This document shows, piece after piece, positions 13,373 through 22,121 of a DNA stretch of 33,174 nt. Each line of letters begins with the position of its first letter. Position 1 is the first letter of the stretch. A program made the position numbers and the translations under genes. Origin of the DNA: a virus; the IMG/VR virus record IMGVR_UViG_3300030397_001037, positions 1 through 33,174 of that record; one strand, 5' to 3'. The notes beneath the pieces are model-generated. The model saw nothing but the letters and a program-made list of their open reading frames with translations, ran no database searches and had not been told where the DNA came from.

Positions 13373-13672
13373 ATGCCGGTTGGAAGGGTTGCTTGGGTTA
13401 TGGATAAACCAGAGGAAAATGTAGTTTCTCTCAAATTACTAGAGCATCCTAGTAAAAATACTAGCTACATTGATGAGCGCATTGAGCGATTAATAATTGA
13501 GATAAGAAAGTCTGAAAATGATTACACTTTGCCCATATTAACAGAGATAGCTGATTACATATCAGAGTCTGAAGACCATCCATTTCTAGACCAATGCTTT
13601 TATAAGTTAGAGGAATGCATTATGTGGTATGAAAGGTGGTCAGAGTTGCAGGATGAGCAGGATAAGGATTAA
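13373..13672 (+). CDS. Hypothetical acidic protein, 99 aa (last early-arm gene)
   Basis: SD GAGGTGG upstream of ATG 13373. Confidence 0.6.
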   Translation: MPVGRVAWVMDKPEENVVSLKLLEHPSKNTSYIDERIERLIIEIRKSENDYTLPILTEIADYISESEDHPFLDQCFYKLEECIMWYERWSELQDEQDKD

Positions 13673-13682
13673 AATATAACTG

Positions 13683-13704
13683 GGAAGCCTTACCTCTTCC
13701 TTTT
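13683..13704 (+). terminator. Weak terminator-like hairpin
   Basis: GGAAG (13683..13687) pairs with CTTCC (13696..13700), with an 8-nt loop, followed by TTTTGTTG. Confidence 0.35.
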
Positions 13705-13750
13705 GTTGTGTAATAGCTGATAGGTATTACCGTGTAGATGCTTATTAGTG

Positions 13751-13792
13751 GGAGAGGGGTAATTCATAGGATTTGAATGCTCCTCTTTTTTT
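13751..13792 (+). terminator. Rho-independent terminator candidate closing the early rightward arm
   Basis: AGAGGGG (13753..13759) pairs with CTCCTCT (13780..13786). An inner ATTC/GAAT helix is present. A T7 run lies at 13786..13792. Confidence 0.5.
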
Positions 13793-13819
13793 GACTCTAT
13801 AGTACTAATCAGATACCAT
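13791..13819 (+). promoter_or_regulatory. Candidate late-operon promoter
   Basis: TTGACT (13791..13796), a 17-nt spacer, then TACCAT (13814..13819). It follows the terminator directly and lies 60 nt upstream of terS. Confidence 0.35.
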
Positions 13820-13856
13820 TCTAATATGTAGCAAGAAGTTGCACTGCATTCTAATA
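13817..13856. repeat. Two exact copies of CATTCTAATA spaced 30 bp apart, flanking a short GCAA/TTGC inverted repeat
   Basis: Read directly: 13817..13826 and 13847..13856. It lies directly upstream of terS. Confidence 0.75.
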
Positions 13857-13879
13857 GAGAAGTCTAAGGATGGTAAAGG

Positions 13880-14320
13880 ATGAAAAAGAAATCAAAAGGT
13901 GGAAGACCCACTAAGTATAAGCCTGAATATTGTCAGAAGATTATTGAGTTCTTTGATAGACCATTGGTTGAGCATAAACCAAAAGAAGTAATTCATCCTA
14001 AATTGGGTGTTGTTAGTATAATGGAAGAGAGAGGAACAGACCTACCATTGTTCCAAGACTTTGCTCATGAACTAAGTGTCCATACAGATACTTTACTAGA
14101 GTGGTGTACAAAACATGAAGAGTTTTCCGTCTCCTATAAAAGAGCCAAAGAATTACAGGCAAAACATCTCATTACAAATACAATGCAAAATAGATATGCA
14201 ACATCATTTGCAATCTTTACAGCTAAGAACATTATGGGTTGGAGAGATAAGCAAGAAATAGAACAAACAACAAATCAGAATGTAACAATTACTATAGATG
14301 GTGAGGATGCAAAACTCTGA
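13880..14320 (+). CDS. terS: Terminase small subunit
   Basis: N-terminal KGGRPTKYKPEYCQKIIEFF..., an HTH-like LSVHTDTLLEWCTKHEEFSVSYKRAKE, and C-terminal FTAKNIMGWRDKQE are typical of small-terminase families. It overlaps terL. Confidence 0.82.
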   Translation: MKKKSKGGRPTKYKPEYCQKIIEFFDRPLVEHKPKEVIHPKLGVVSIMEERGTDLPLFQDFAHELSVHTDTLLEWCTKHEEFSVSYKRAKELQAKHLITNTMQNRYATSFAIFTAKNIMGWRDKQEIEQTTNQNVTITIDGEDAKL

Positions 14321-15590
14321 TTCTGTTTTTAAAAAAACAAACAGACAAAAGAAAGCAATAGGGTTATTAGGAGGCACTAATCAACATACTATGCTTTATG
14401 GGGGTTCTAGGAGTGGGAAAACCTTCATACTTGTCTATGCTATTTGTATAAGAGCACTTCTATGTAGAGAGTCTAGGCATGCAATCTTAAGACTCTCCTT
14501 TAATCATGCTAAAAGAAGTATATGGCTTGATACTATGCCAAAGGTGTTACAAATATGCTTCCCAGGATTAGATGTTAAGTGGAACAACACTGACTTCTAT
14601 ATCACATTCCCTAATGGTAGTGAGGTATGGGTTGGTGGACTGGATAGCAAGGAGAGAGTTGAGAAGATTCTAGGGCAAGAGTATTCTACTATCTTTTTTA
14701 ATGAGTGCTCACAGATTCCTTTCTCATCAATTAACATGGCACTTACTAGGTTAGCCCAAAAAAATGTACTGGCTAAGAAAGCATATTATGATGAGAACCC
14801 TCCAACTAAAAAGCATTGGTCTTATTGGTTATTTGTTAAGCACTTAAACCCAGATGAAAACATACCTGTTGATTCAACTGATTATAAGTCAATACTTATG
14901 AACCCTGAAGACAACATGGATAATATTGATGAGAACTATTTAAAGATTCTTAACCAGTTACCTGAAAATGAGAGAAACAGATTCCTATATGGGCAGTTCA
15001 CTGACTCAGGTGAGGGTCTTGTGTACTATGCTTTTGACAGAGAAGAGAATGTAGCAGAATATCCTCATGATGATTATAAGGGTACAGTGTTTGTGGGAAT
15101 GGACTTTAATGTTGACCCTATGACTGCAATTGTCTGTTATGTTACTAATGATGTTATATGGGCAGTAGATGAGTTCTTTATTAGGAACTCAAATACATTC
15201 ACTATATCTAAGCAAATCATGCAGAAGTATCCAGGTGCTAAGATAATTCCTGATAGTACTGGTAAAAATAGGAAAACCAGCGGTAAATCTGACCATGTAA
15301 TCCTAAGAGAGTGCGGTTTTGAGGTTATGAGCACTAGGAACCCGTTTGTTACAGACAGAATCAATAATGTAAATAGACTATTAGAGCAAAAAAAGCTTAG
15401 AATTAGTACTAAGTGCAAGAAGCTCATCAATGACCTGGAAAAGGTTGTTTGGAAGGAAGGGAGAACAGAGATAGATAAGAACACGGATCATCTTTTAAGT
15501 CATATCTCAGACTCCGTAGGTTATGCCTGTCATAAACTATTCCCTATCCAAGACCATAAAGTTGGTAGCTCTATAAAAGGAATTAGATAA
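14298..15590 (+). CDS. terL: Terminase large subunit (PBSX / Terminase_3-like; headful type is an inference)
   Basis: Walker A YGGSRSGKT, Walker B-like STIFFNECS, and a C-terminal nuclease region with VGMDFNVDP and IPDSTG. Alternative ATG at 14307. Confidence 0.9.
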   Translation: MVRMQNSDSVFKKTNRQKKAIGLLGGTNQHTMLYGGSRSGKTFILVYAICIRALLCRESRHAILRLSFNHAKRSIWLDTMPKVLQICFPGLDVKWNNTDFYITFPNGSEVWVGGLDSKERVEKILGQEYSTIFFNECSQIPFSSINMALTRLAQKNVLAKKAYYDENPPTKKHWSYWLFVKHLNPDENIPVDSTDYKSILMNPEDNMDNIDENYLKILNQLPENERNRFLYGQFTDSGEGLVYYAFDREENVAEYPHDDYKGTVFVGMDFNVDPMTAIVCYVTNDVIWAVDEFFIRNSNTFTISKQIMQKYPGAKIIPDSTGKNRKTSGKSDHVILRECGFEVMSTRNPFVTDRINNVNRLLEQKKLRISTKCKKLINDLEKVVWKEGRTEIDKNTDHLLSHISDSVGYACHKLFPIQDHKVGSSIKGIR

Positions 15591-15605
15591 AACCAAGGAT
15601 GATAT

Positions 15606-17204
15606 ATGGCATTACCACGGATTGACCTGAATAATGAGAACCAGATTGCTGAGTTCATTAATGAGATTCAATCAGCACAGTTTAGACATAGACAGCGTGC
15701 TGAATATGCTGGATTTGAAATATACACCGGCAAACTCTATGAATATGTTCTTAATGCAATAGCCAAGAAAAGAAAGCTTACATGGGATGGCTATACAATC
15801 TCTTCTGTTAACTACATGAAAAAGATTGTTGAAAAGAAAGCTCAAGCCTACAAAGAAGACCCTATTAGAAAGGTTATTGGCGTTGACGGAAAAGAAAATG
15901 AAGAGAAAACTCAGCTATTAAATGAGCTATATGATGAAGGTAAAATAAATGAGTCCATGAGGACTCTAGATATATCATTTAACAGGGCAAGGCATGCACT
16001 ATCATGGATGCAAAATGACCCTAATGATGTAGGTGATTTAAGTAAGTTTAGGCTTGTACCACTAGACCCGTTCACTTTTAATGTTGTAGTTGACCCAGAT
16101 ACATTTAGATTGGTTATGGTGGTACTATCTTATCCTGACCAGACAATAACACATCAAAATACACGCGTATTTGATGATTCCCTATATGTAGATAGAGCGG
16201 ATGGAATTAATCAATCTTTAGCTGAGAGTGATAGAGACTCATCTTCAATAACTAACACCTATGTCTTCTGGACTGATGAAGAGCATGTGAGAGTTAGAGG
16301 GAAAACCAACATATCTGCTGGCAGAGTTGAGACAATCATCACCTATGACCAGCCTGATGATAATATTGAGGGTATAAATCCATACGGAGTGCTTCCATTC
16401 ACATGGCTTACTGAATTCCCAACAATGCCTGAAAGACCACCCCTACAACCTCTTTATAGAGAATCAATTAACATGAACTTTATGAGAAGTGAGCTTCTTA
16501 CGGGTGCAGCTATTGCCTCTACCGGTATTCTTAAGATGAAACTGGCTAAAGGTGATAAGCCTGAGGATGTTACTGTTGGTCATAGCCTTGTTCTTACACT
16601 TGAGCAGCCATTGGACCCTGATGCCCCTGAGGTAGATGCTGACTTCATCAATCCTAATCCAAATCTAGATGGTGTGGGGACTACTTTTAAAGAATACGTT
16701 GAGGATATTGCCGCTGAGAATGGATTATCTGGATTCACAATGACTGATGGCAATAAGTTTAACTCAGGATTTGAGAGAGCTCTTGCTATGGCTGATGTGA
16801 CTGAAGTTAGAAAGAATCTTCAAAAGAAATATGAGAATGTTGAGAAAAGTAACTTTGAAATCATAAAAGCTATGGATAGCGCTAATGGAACAGGCATGTT
16901 TGATGAAGAAGATAGTCTTGTAATCATCTATAAGCAGCCTGAAATCCTTCAAACAGAGATGGAGCAGCTTAATATCATTGAAAAGAAAGATAGCATGGGT
17001 GTTATCAGGGAAGTTGATAAGATTACAGAGCTTAATCCTAATATGGATAGTGATGAAGCGGCTGAATTGCTTAAAACAATAAAAGAAGAGAAGCGTGAGA
17101 AGATGGCAGAGATGCAGCGCTTTTTAAAAGAGAATATTCCGCCTAGTGAGGATAATGATGCCAATAACCAAACAGCAATCAACCAAGAGGATTCTTCTAT
17201 CTGA
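15606..17204 (+). CDS. Portal protein
   Basis: 532 aa, directly downstream of terL, with an acidic C-terminal tail. The call rests on size and synteny. Confidence 0.7.
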   Translation: MALPRIDLNNENQIAEFINEIQSAQFRHRQRAEYAGFEIYTGKLYEYVLNAIAKKRKLTWDGYTISSVNYMKKIVEKKAQAYKEDPIRKVIGVDGKENEEKTQLLNELYDEGKINESMRTLDISFNRARHALSWMQNDPNDVGDLSKFRLVPLDPFTFNVVVDPDTFRLVMVVLSYPDQTITHQNTRVFDDSLYVDRADGINQSLAESDRDSSSITNTYVFWTDEEHVRVRGKTNISAGRVETIITYDQPDDNIEGINPYGVLPFTWLTEFPTMPERPPLQPLYRESINMNFMRSELLTGAAIASTGILKMKLAKGDKPEDVTVGHSLVLTLEQPLDPDAPEVDADFINPNPNLDGVGTTFKEYVEDIAAENGLSGFTMTDGNKFNSGFERALAMADVTEVRKNLQKKYENVEKSNFEIIKAMDSANGTGMFDEEDSLVIIYKQPEILQTEMEQLNIIEKKDSMGVIREVDKITELNPNMDSDEAAELLKTIKEEKREKMAEMQRFLKENIPPSEDNDANNQTAINQEDSSI

Positions 17205-17670
17205 TTTTTTTGATACTGAAGAGATTGCTAGCGAGTGGAGAAAGGCAGATTCAGGTACTAAGGAAGCAATCAAGGCAGCAGTTGGGGAGTTTATAGTCAA
17301 TCAAATCAACAGACATCTTGATAGAGGTGAAACTCCAGTTGAAGGTGGAAACTATAAGAGGACTCTTGCTAAAAAACCAGGTCAAAGGGGTCTTCCTAGA
17401 ATATCTAGGCTTTTAGAGAGTGGAGATATGAGAAGTCAGATAACATTTAATGAAGGTAAGGGCACAGCTTTAGATGTTGGTATTTTTACAACTGCGCCCA
17501 AGGAAGATAGACTCAAGGCTAGCGGTCACAATAGAGGTGACAGTGCTACAGGCATTCAAAGAGAGTTTATTCCTGATGGAAGTGAAGCATTTAAGCCATC
17601 AATAAACAAAGGAATACGCTCAATTATAAGGGATGCACTACAAGGAAGTGAAGATGCCAGTGATACTTAA
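17158..17670 (+). CDS. Mu gpG-like virion morphogenesis protein, paralog 1
   Basis: GETPVEGGNYKRTLAKKPGQRGLPRISRLLESGDMRSQI fits the G.sP.G..y......k....v.L..sG.m..s pattern of Mu G / P2 S-type proteins. GAGG lies 6 nt before ATG 17158. It starts MPI..K like paralog 2 and lies between portal and scaffold, as in Mu. Confidence 0.45.
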   Translation: MPITKQQSTKRILLSDFFDTEEIASEWRKADSGTKEAIKAAVGEFIVNQINRHLDRGETPVEGGNYKRTLAKKPGQRGLPRISRLLESGDMRSQITFNEGKGTALDVGIFTTAPKEDRLKASGHNRGDSATGIQREFIPDGSEAFKPSINKGIRSIIRDALQGSEDASDT

Positions 17671-18097
17671 GACAAATCTGACATTAAACAAATTAATTCC
17701 TGATATTAAGTCTAATTTTGCTAAAGATAGTGCAAAAGACGTTAAAAAACTTATCACTGATGAAATATTATCAGGTAAAAGCCCTGTTGCAGGTGGTGAA
17801 TATAAAAGAACTTACTCTGATAGCTATGCAAAGACTAAGGGCAGGCGCTCACCTGTTGATTTAAAGGTTACAGGTAAGTTACTTCGCTCAATTAAGTCAT
17901 TTATAACGGCTAGGGGCAATGTTTCTATATTCTTTAGCAGTCCTATTGCTAAATTTCATGACCTTCCTGGGTTAGCTAGAGTTTTAAGACAAATGCTGCC
18001 TAAAGGTAGTCAGGTTTTCATAGGCAAAATACAAAATAGAATTGTTAAAGGATATGATGATGCAGTTGGGAAGGCAGTTAATAAGCAAAATAGGTGA
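17654..18097 (+). CDS. Mu gpG-like virion morphogenesis protein, paralog 2
   Basis: GKSPVAGGEYKRTYSDSYAKTKGRRSPVDLKVTGKLLRSIK aligns with paralog 1. AAGGAAG lies upstream of ATG 17654. Confidence 0.45.
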   Translation: MPVILKTNLTLNKLIPDIKSNFAKDSAKDVKKLITDEILSGKSPVAGGEYKRTYSDSYAKTKGRRSPVDLKVTGKLLRSIKSFITARGNVSIFFSSPIAKFHDLPGLARVLRQMLPKGSQVFIGKIQNRIVKGYDDAVGKAVNKQNR

Positions 18098-18141
18098 CAA
18101 TTAATGTTACCTTGTTAACAATATAACCAGTAGGAGGTTTT

Positions 18142-18729
18142 ATGAGTGAGAGTGCAGAAGTGCAATCACCGGAAGTAGAGAAGTCTATTCCAGTTGATGA
18201 AAATCAAACTCAGGAAGTGGTTAGTGATGAAGTTAAGAGTGAAGACATTAATGACAGACTCTTAAGAGAATCACAAAAGTGGAAGAAAGAAGCCCAAGAA
18301 CTAAAAGCTTTAATAGAGAAGCAGGATAGGGACAGGCTTAAAGCAAAAGGTGACATGGCAGAGTATGCCAAGAGTTTGGAGAAAGAACTTGAGGACCAAA
18401 AAAATGCTAACAAAAACCTTTTGGAAGACGTTGTTTGGACAAACATCAAAGCTGAAGTAGCTGCTAAATGTCCTGATGCAAGAGATATTGATACTGTTTT
18501 AAGTAAGCTCAATATTTCTTCTGAAGATGTTGATGTTCATTCAAAGACGATCAGAGACTTAGATACAAGAATTGCCATTGTTAGAAAGAATCATGGTGAT
18601 TGGTTGTTTAAGCAAAAGGTACCAGGTCTTGAGAAGTCAATCCCTAAGTACCAAGCACCTGTGGAGAAGTCTACAAGTGAAATGACAAATAAAGAATATG
18701 AACAGTATTTGAGAAACAAATACAAATAA
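18142..18729 (+). CDS. Scaffolding protein
   Basis: 195 aa, highly charged and helical with a coiled-coil character. SD AGGAGG. It lies directly upstream of the capsid gene. Confidence 0.65.
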   Translation: MSESAEVQSPEVEKSIPVDENQTQEVVSDEVKSEDINDRLLRESQKWKKEAQELKALIEKQDRDRLKAKGDMAEYAKSLEKELEDQKNANKNLLEDVVWTNIKAEVAAKCPDARDIDTVLSKLNISSEDVDVHSKTIRDLDTRIAIVRKNHGDWLFKQKVPGLEKSIPKYQAPVEKSTSEMTNKEYEQYLRNKYK

Positions 18730-18747
18730 CCATCAAAGGAGTTTGAA

Positions 18748-19614
18748 ATGGTTGATGTTGTAACGGGGGACACCCAACTAGGGTCCACAAAAAATGATGA
18801 GATTACTTCTCTAGTTCAAAGAGAACTAAAAGCAAGAGCAATTCTAAGCGGTTTTGTAATGGATGTTTCAAGATTTGCTGGTGAAGGAAGACAATCTATT
18901 GAATTTCCTAAGCTAGAAAGTTTTACTCCAATTAACAGAGCTGAAGGGGTTGCTGGAGATGCTGCAACACTAATTGCCACAACTGATAGTCTTGCACTAG
19001 ACCAAAATGCTTATGTTGCTTGGATTATTGATAGCAAGTCTAAAGTTCAATCAAGCATTGATTCTGAGCTTGAATTTGCTAAAAGAGCTGCCTCAGGTCA
19101 CGGAAGATATGTTGATGCTCAAATTATCGCTGCTGCTAATTTAGAGGCAGGTTACTCTGAGACACCAGGTGGTGGTGGTACTATCACTTATGATGCAGTT
19201 CTTAACATGAGAGAGTTTGTTCTTCTTAATGAAGGTATGCTTGAGAGAATGGCGCTAGTTGTGTCTGTTACTCAAGAAAAAGAACTTTTCAAGTTAACTG
19301 AATTTAAATCAGCAGATGTTTATGGTCAGGCTACATTACCTTCAGGGGTAATTGGGTCTATCCTAGGTATGCCGGTTATCCGTCACAACCTTCTAGCTGC
19401 TGATGAAGCCTTTGTATGGGATGCTGAGGGTATTGCTCTTGGATTCCAGAAAGGACCATCAATTTCTGAGCAAGGCGCCAATGAGTTTGGTGCTGATGCC
19501 GTTAGAAAAGCAATGGACCAACTATTTGGTGTTAAAGGTATGCAGATTGCCCAAGGTACTGCTGCTGCAAATAGGTCAGCTCTTATTGCTAAGCTTAACG
19601 GAGCATTACTCTAA
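18748..19614 (+). CDS. Major capsid protein (HK97-fold expected)
   Basis: 288 aa, SD AAGGAG, positioned after the scaffold gene. The composition and length are typical of small HK97-like capsid proteins. No domain search was done. Confidence 0.75.
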   Translation: MVDVVTGDTQLGSTKNDEITSLVQRELKARAILSGFVMDVSRFAGEGRQSIEFPKLESFTPINRAEGVAGDAATLIATTDSLALDQNAYVAWIIDSKSKVQSSIDSELEFAKRAASGHGRYVDAQIIAAANLEAGYSETPGGGGTITYDAVLNMREFVLLNEGMLERMALVVSVTQEKELFKLTEFKSADVYGQATLPSGVIGSILGMPVIRHNLLAADEAFVWDAEGIALGFQKGPSISEQGANEFGADAVRKAMDQLFGVKGMQIAQGTAAANRSALIAKLNGALL

Positions 19615-19617
19615 TAA

Positions 19618-19836
19618 ATGGCTAGTAGTTCAACTATACCTAATTTTTTGGTTGCGGAGAGTCCTGAGGCTCTCCGTAGCCTTATGTTAGAGAACAACGC
19701 TTTATTGAATGCATTTGTTAACTACAGATGGATACAGCATGTGAACAACAAGTGGTACGCCTGGTATGATGTTGATGTTGAGAAAGAAATGATAATCCAG
19801 GCTAATAAGGTTAAAAAAGAAAATGAGGAGAAGTAA
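19618..19836 (+). CDS. Hypothetical head-module protein, 72 aa
   Basis: The ATG lies 3 nt after the capsid stop. Confidence 0.5.
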   Translation: MASSSTIPNFLVAESPEALRSLMLENNALLNAFVNYRWIQHVNNKWYAWYDVDVEKEMIIQANKVKKENEEK

Positions 19837-20078
19837 TGGGTTCAATATCTCCTGCGGTAGTAGGCAAAGATACTGATGAAAAGTCATTTGTTAGGTCACA
19901 ATTCCTATCTGCATTTGCTCCTCCTGAGCTTACTGACTCAGTAACAACATTAAGAACATCACTAACAGATGTATTTGAGTTTAGAAATGGTGGATTGGCT
20001 GGAACAATTCTTAAGACAGTCACAATTACATATTTAACAGCATCAAAGAAAGATATAGACACAGTAGAGGTGTCTTAA
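19836..20078 (+). CDS. Hypothetical head-module protein, 80 aa
   Basis: TAATG-type overlaps at both ends. Confidence 0.5.
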   Translation: MGSISPAVVGKDTDEKSFVRSQFLSAFAPPELTDSVTTLRTSLTDVFEFRNGGLAGTILKTVTITYLTASKKDIDTVEVS

Positions 20079-21559
20079 TGGCAGTTGTATTTAACCCATT
20101 CACAGGAAACTTTGACTTTGTAAGTATAGAAGATGTTCCTGTTACATCAGTTGCCGCAAATGATTCTACACTCACCATATCACCAACTACAGGTGATGTT
20201 TTAGCACAAATTAACTTAGCAAACTTTAATACATGGACTAATAGAGCGAGGTTTAGAGAAGATGCAGATACCGGAGTGGAAATTGGTACTGATATCAGTA
20301 GTGGTGGTAATCCTGTTGGCTATATCACTACGTTTGGGACTGCATCTGATATACCGCTGGTAATTAACCCCAAAGGAACTGGTGCATTACAAATTAATGA
20401 GTCTGGTGATGCCAGGGGTGTTAATGCAATTGATTTACAATCATTATCAACTCTATCAGCTCAAGTGGCTGCTGGAGAGAGAAGTTTTCTATTATCAGGT
20501 GAAGATAATCAAATAAGTTCAACATCCACTAATAGTGGAATGGTTGGTGGAAATAATAACACAATTGATTCTGTTGCTGCCACAATGATAGCAGCCGGTG
20601 CTTCAACAATAAACTCTACAAATGCTGGTGGTGGAAACTTTATTTTTGGTGGAGCAAGTCACAATATAAATGATGATGTAGCCCTGTCATTTATCATAGG
20701 TGGTTCCACAAATAGTATAAATACAGTTGGTAGTGGAAATTGTATTATCAATTCACAAACATCCTCTATAACAGGAGGGTTTTTCCAGGGTATCTTTAAT
20801 GCCTTTGGTTCATCAATAACCTCAACAGCCCAGGTTAACTCAATATTAGGTGGCTCAGGAAATGGAATTGGTGGTGCATCAGCAGCTAGCGCAGTTGTTA
20901 TGGGTTTTGCTTGTTCAGTAGATGGGAATATATGCTGGATTGGAAACGGTTCAACAAATGTTATATCAGGTGGTGCGACAACCACTGCATCCACCATAAT
21001 AAATGGTGGGAATAACAACTTATCAGGATTTGGAAACACTATTATTAACGGTTTTGGTTCAACAATAGCCAATAACTTTAATGTTTCTATGAATGGAGCC
21101 ATAAATAACTCTAGAAATAATGAAATATTGCATAGTGGAGGCAACTTTGGTTCTCCTGGTGATGCTTTACTAGGTGTTGGTGGTGCAACTGCCAGTACAT
21201 CTGATGCAATTGTCACAGAAATGCAAATTAATACTTTAATAGCAGGTCTTGCTAATATAACATTACCACAAGACCACACTATAGCTTTTAAAGGGTGTAT
21301 AGTAGCTAGAAGCCAAGGTGGAGCTGACCATGCCATGTGGGACATTAGTGCTTTATTGCAAGATACCGGCGGAGTGATAGCTATTGTTGGCGTTCCGGTT
21401 GTAGCTCAGCTTCATGGGAGTGCAGGCGCAGCTGCCTGGGCAGTAGCCGTAGCTGCAGGAGCAGCTCCAAATAGAGTAAGCGTAAATGTTACTGGAGCTT
21501 TAGCAACAAATATAAGGTGGAATATGAGATATGAGTTTAGCGAAGTGGAGTATGCATAA
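20078..21559 (+). CDS. Fibre-like protein, 493 aa, with Gly/Asn/Ser-rich beta-roll/beta-helix-type repeats (YadA-head-like periodicity)
   Basis: N-terminus FNPFTGNFDFV. The centre repeats GG.nN.I..(14-17 aa), for example GGNNNTIDS, GGASHNIND, GGSTNSINT, GSGNCIINS, GGSGNGIGG, GNGSTNVIS, GGNNNLSG, GFGNTIING. The C-terminus is Ala-rich. Confidence 0.6.
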   Translation: MAVVFNPFTGNFDFVSIEDVPVTSVAANDSTLTISPTTGDVLAQINLANFNTWTNRARFREDADTGVEIGTDISSGGNPVGYITTFGTASDIPLVINPKGTGALQINESGDARGVNAIDLQSLSTLSAQVAAGERSFLLSGEDNQISSTSTNSGMVGGNNNTIDSVAATMIAAGASTINSTNAGGGNFIFGGASHNINDDVALSFIIGGSTNSINTVGSGNCIINSQTSSITGGFFQGIFNAFGSSITSTAQVNSILGGSGNGIGGASAASAVVMGFACSVDGNICWIGNGSTNVISGGATTTASTIINGGNNNLSGFGNTIINGFGSTIANNFNVSMNGAINNSRNNEILHSGGNFGSPGDALLGVGGATASTSDAIVTEMQINTLIAGLANITLPQDHTIAFKGCIVARSQGGADHAMWDISALLQDTGGVIAIVGVPVVAQLHGSAGAAAWAVAVAAGAAPNRVSVNVTGALATNIRWNMRYEFSEVEYA

Positions 21560-21894
21560 TGGCATTACAAATGGACTTTGAATCAGAATCAGGAGCCACT
21601 GGAAACTTTTGGCAAATTAATAACTTTACAATAAGCGCTAAAGAAAAGCTATGTATGATGAGTATTGAGCTTTATAAAGATGATGATGCCTATAAACAGG
21701 GTAAAACAGCACTCAGCTCTAGAACATATAACCTTAACGGTCCATTGTACCCGTTTAATGCTGGTGCTTTTGATGCACTGGCTGAAGGTGCTAGTCCTGC
21801 TGATGCCATATATGGTCTTCTTTTGACAGTTTTTGGTGCTGATTGGATTGGCGCAACAATTGTACTTGATGAGGATTATGGGAGTGAATCTTGA
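21559..21894 (+). CDS. Hypothetical structural-module protein, 111 aa
   Basis: TAATG overlap with the upstream gene. Confidence 0.55.
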   Translation: MALQMDFESESGATGNFWQINNFTISAKEKLCMMSIELYKDDDAYKQGKTALSSRTYNLNGPLYPFNAGAFDALAEGASPADAIYGLLLTVFGADWIGATIVLDEDYGSES

Positions 21895-22121
21895 TGGCAA
21901 AGAACATAACTAAGTGGTTCACAATAATAAGTACGGCAATAATATTAATATATGACTTTATTATATGGTGTATGGCAGACACCCCAGCTACAATCTCAGC
22001 TTATATATGGGAGCTTTCAGATAAAAGTCCTGTTATGCCCTTTGCTTGGGGATTTTTAATGGGTCATTTATTCTGGGCAAGAAAACCGGAGGCAGGTAAT
22101 GAATCTAAAGGAAATGAGTGA
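21894..22121 (+). CDS. Two-TM small membrane protein, 75 aa (class II holin-like topology)
   Basis: ATG 21894 overlaps the upstream TGA. TM1 is WFTIISTAIILIYDFIIWCM and TM2 is VMPFAWGFLMGHLFWA. The C-terminus is charged (RKPEAGNESKGNE). Confidence 0.55.
   Translation: MAKNITKWFTIISTAIILIYDFIIWCMADTPATISAYIWELSDKSPVMPFAWGFLMGHLFWARKPEAGNESKGNE

Noticed and set aside
15137-18788. Minus-strand ORFs inside terL, portal and scaffold (15137..15484, 16764..16952, 16949..17182, 18210..18512, 18591..18788)
   Set aside because: All are antisense to well-supported late genes. They are Ser/Leu/Phe-rich, as expected from reading AT-rich Glu/Lys-rich coding sequence backwards.
20659-21345. 228-aa ORF on the minus strand
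   Set aside because: It is antisense to the Gly/Asn/Ser-repeat fibre gene. Its composition is low-complexity, rich in Pro, Ile and Ala, and simply mirrors the sense repeats. It has no SD and sits inside a unidirectional late operon.
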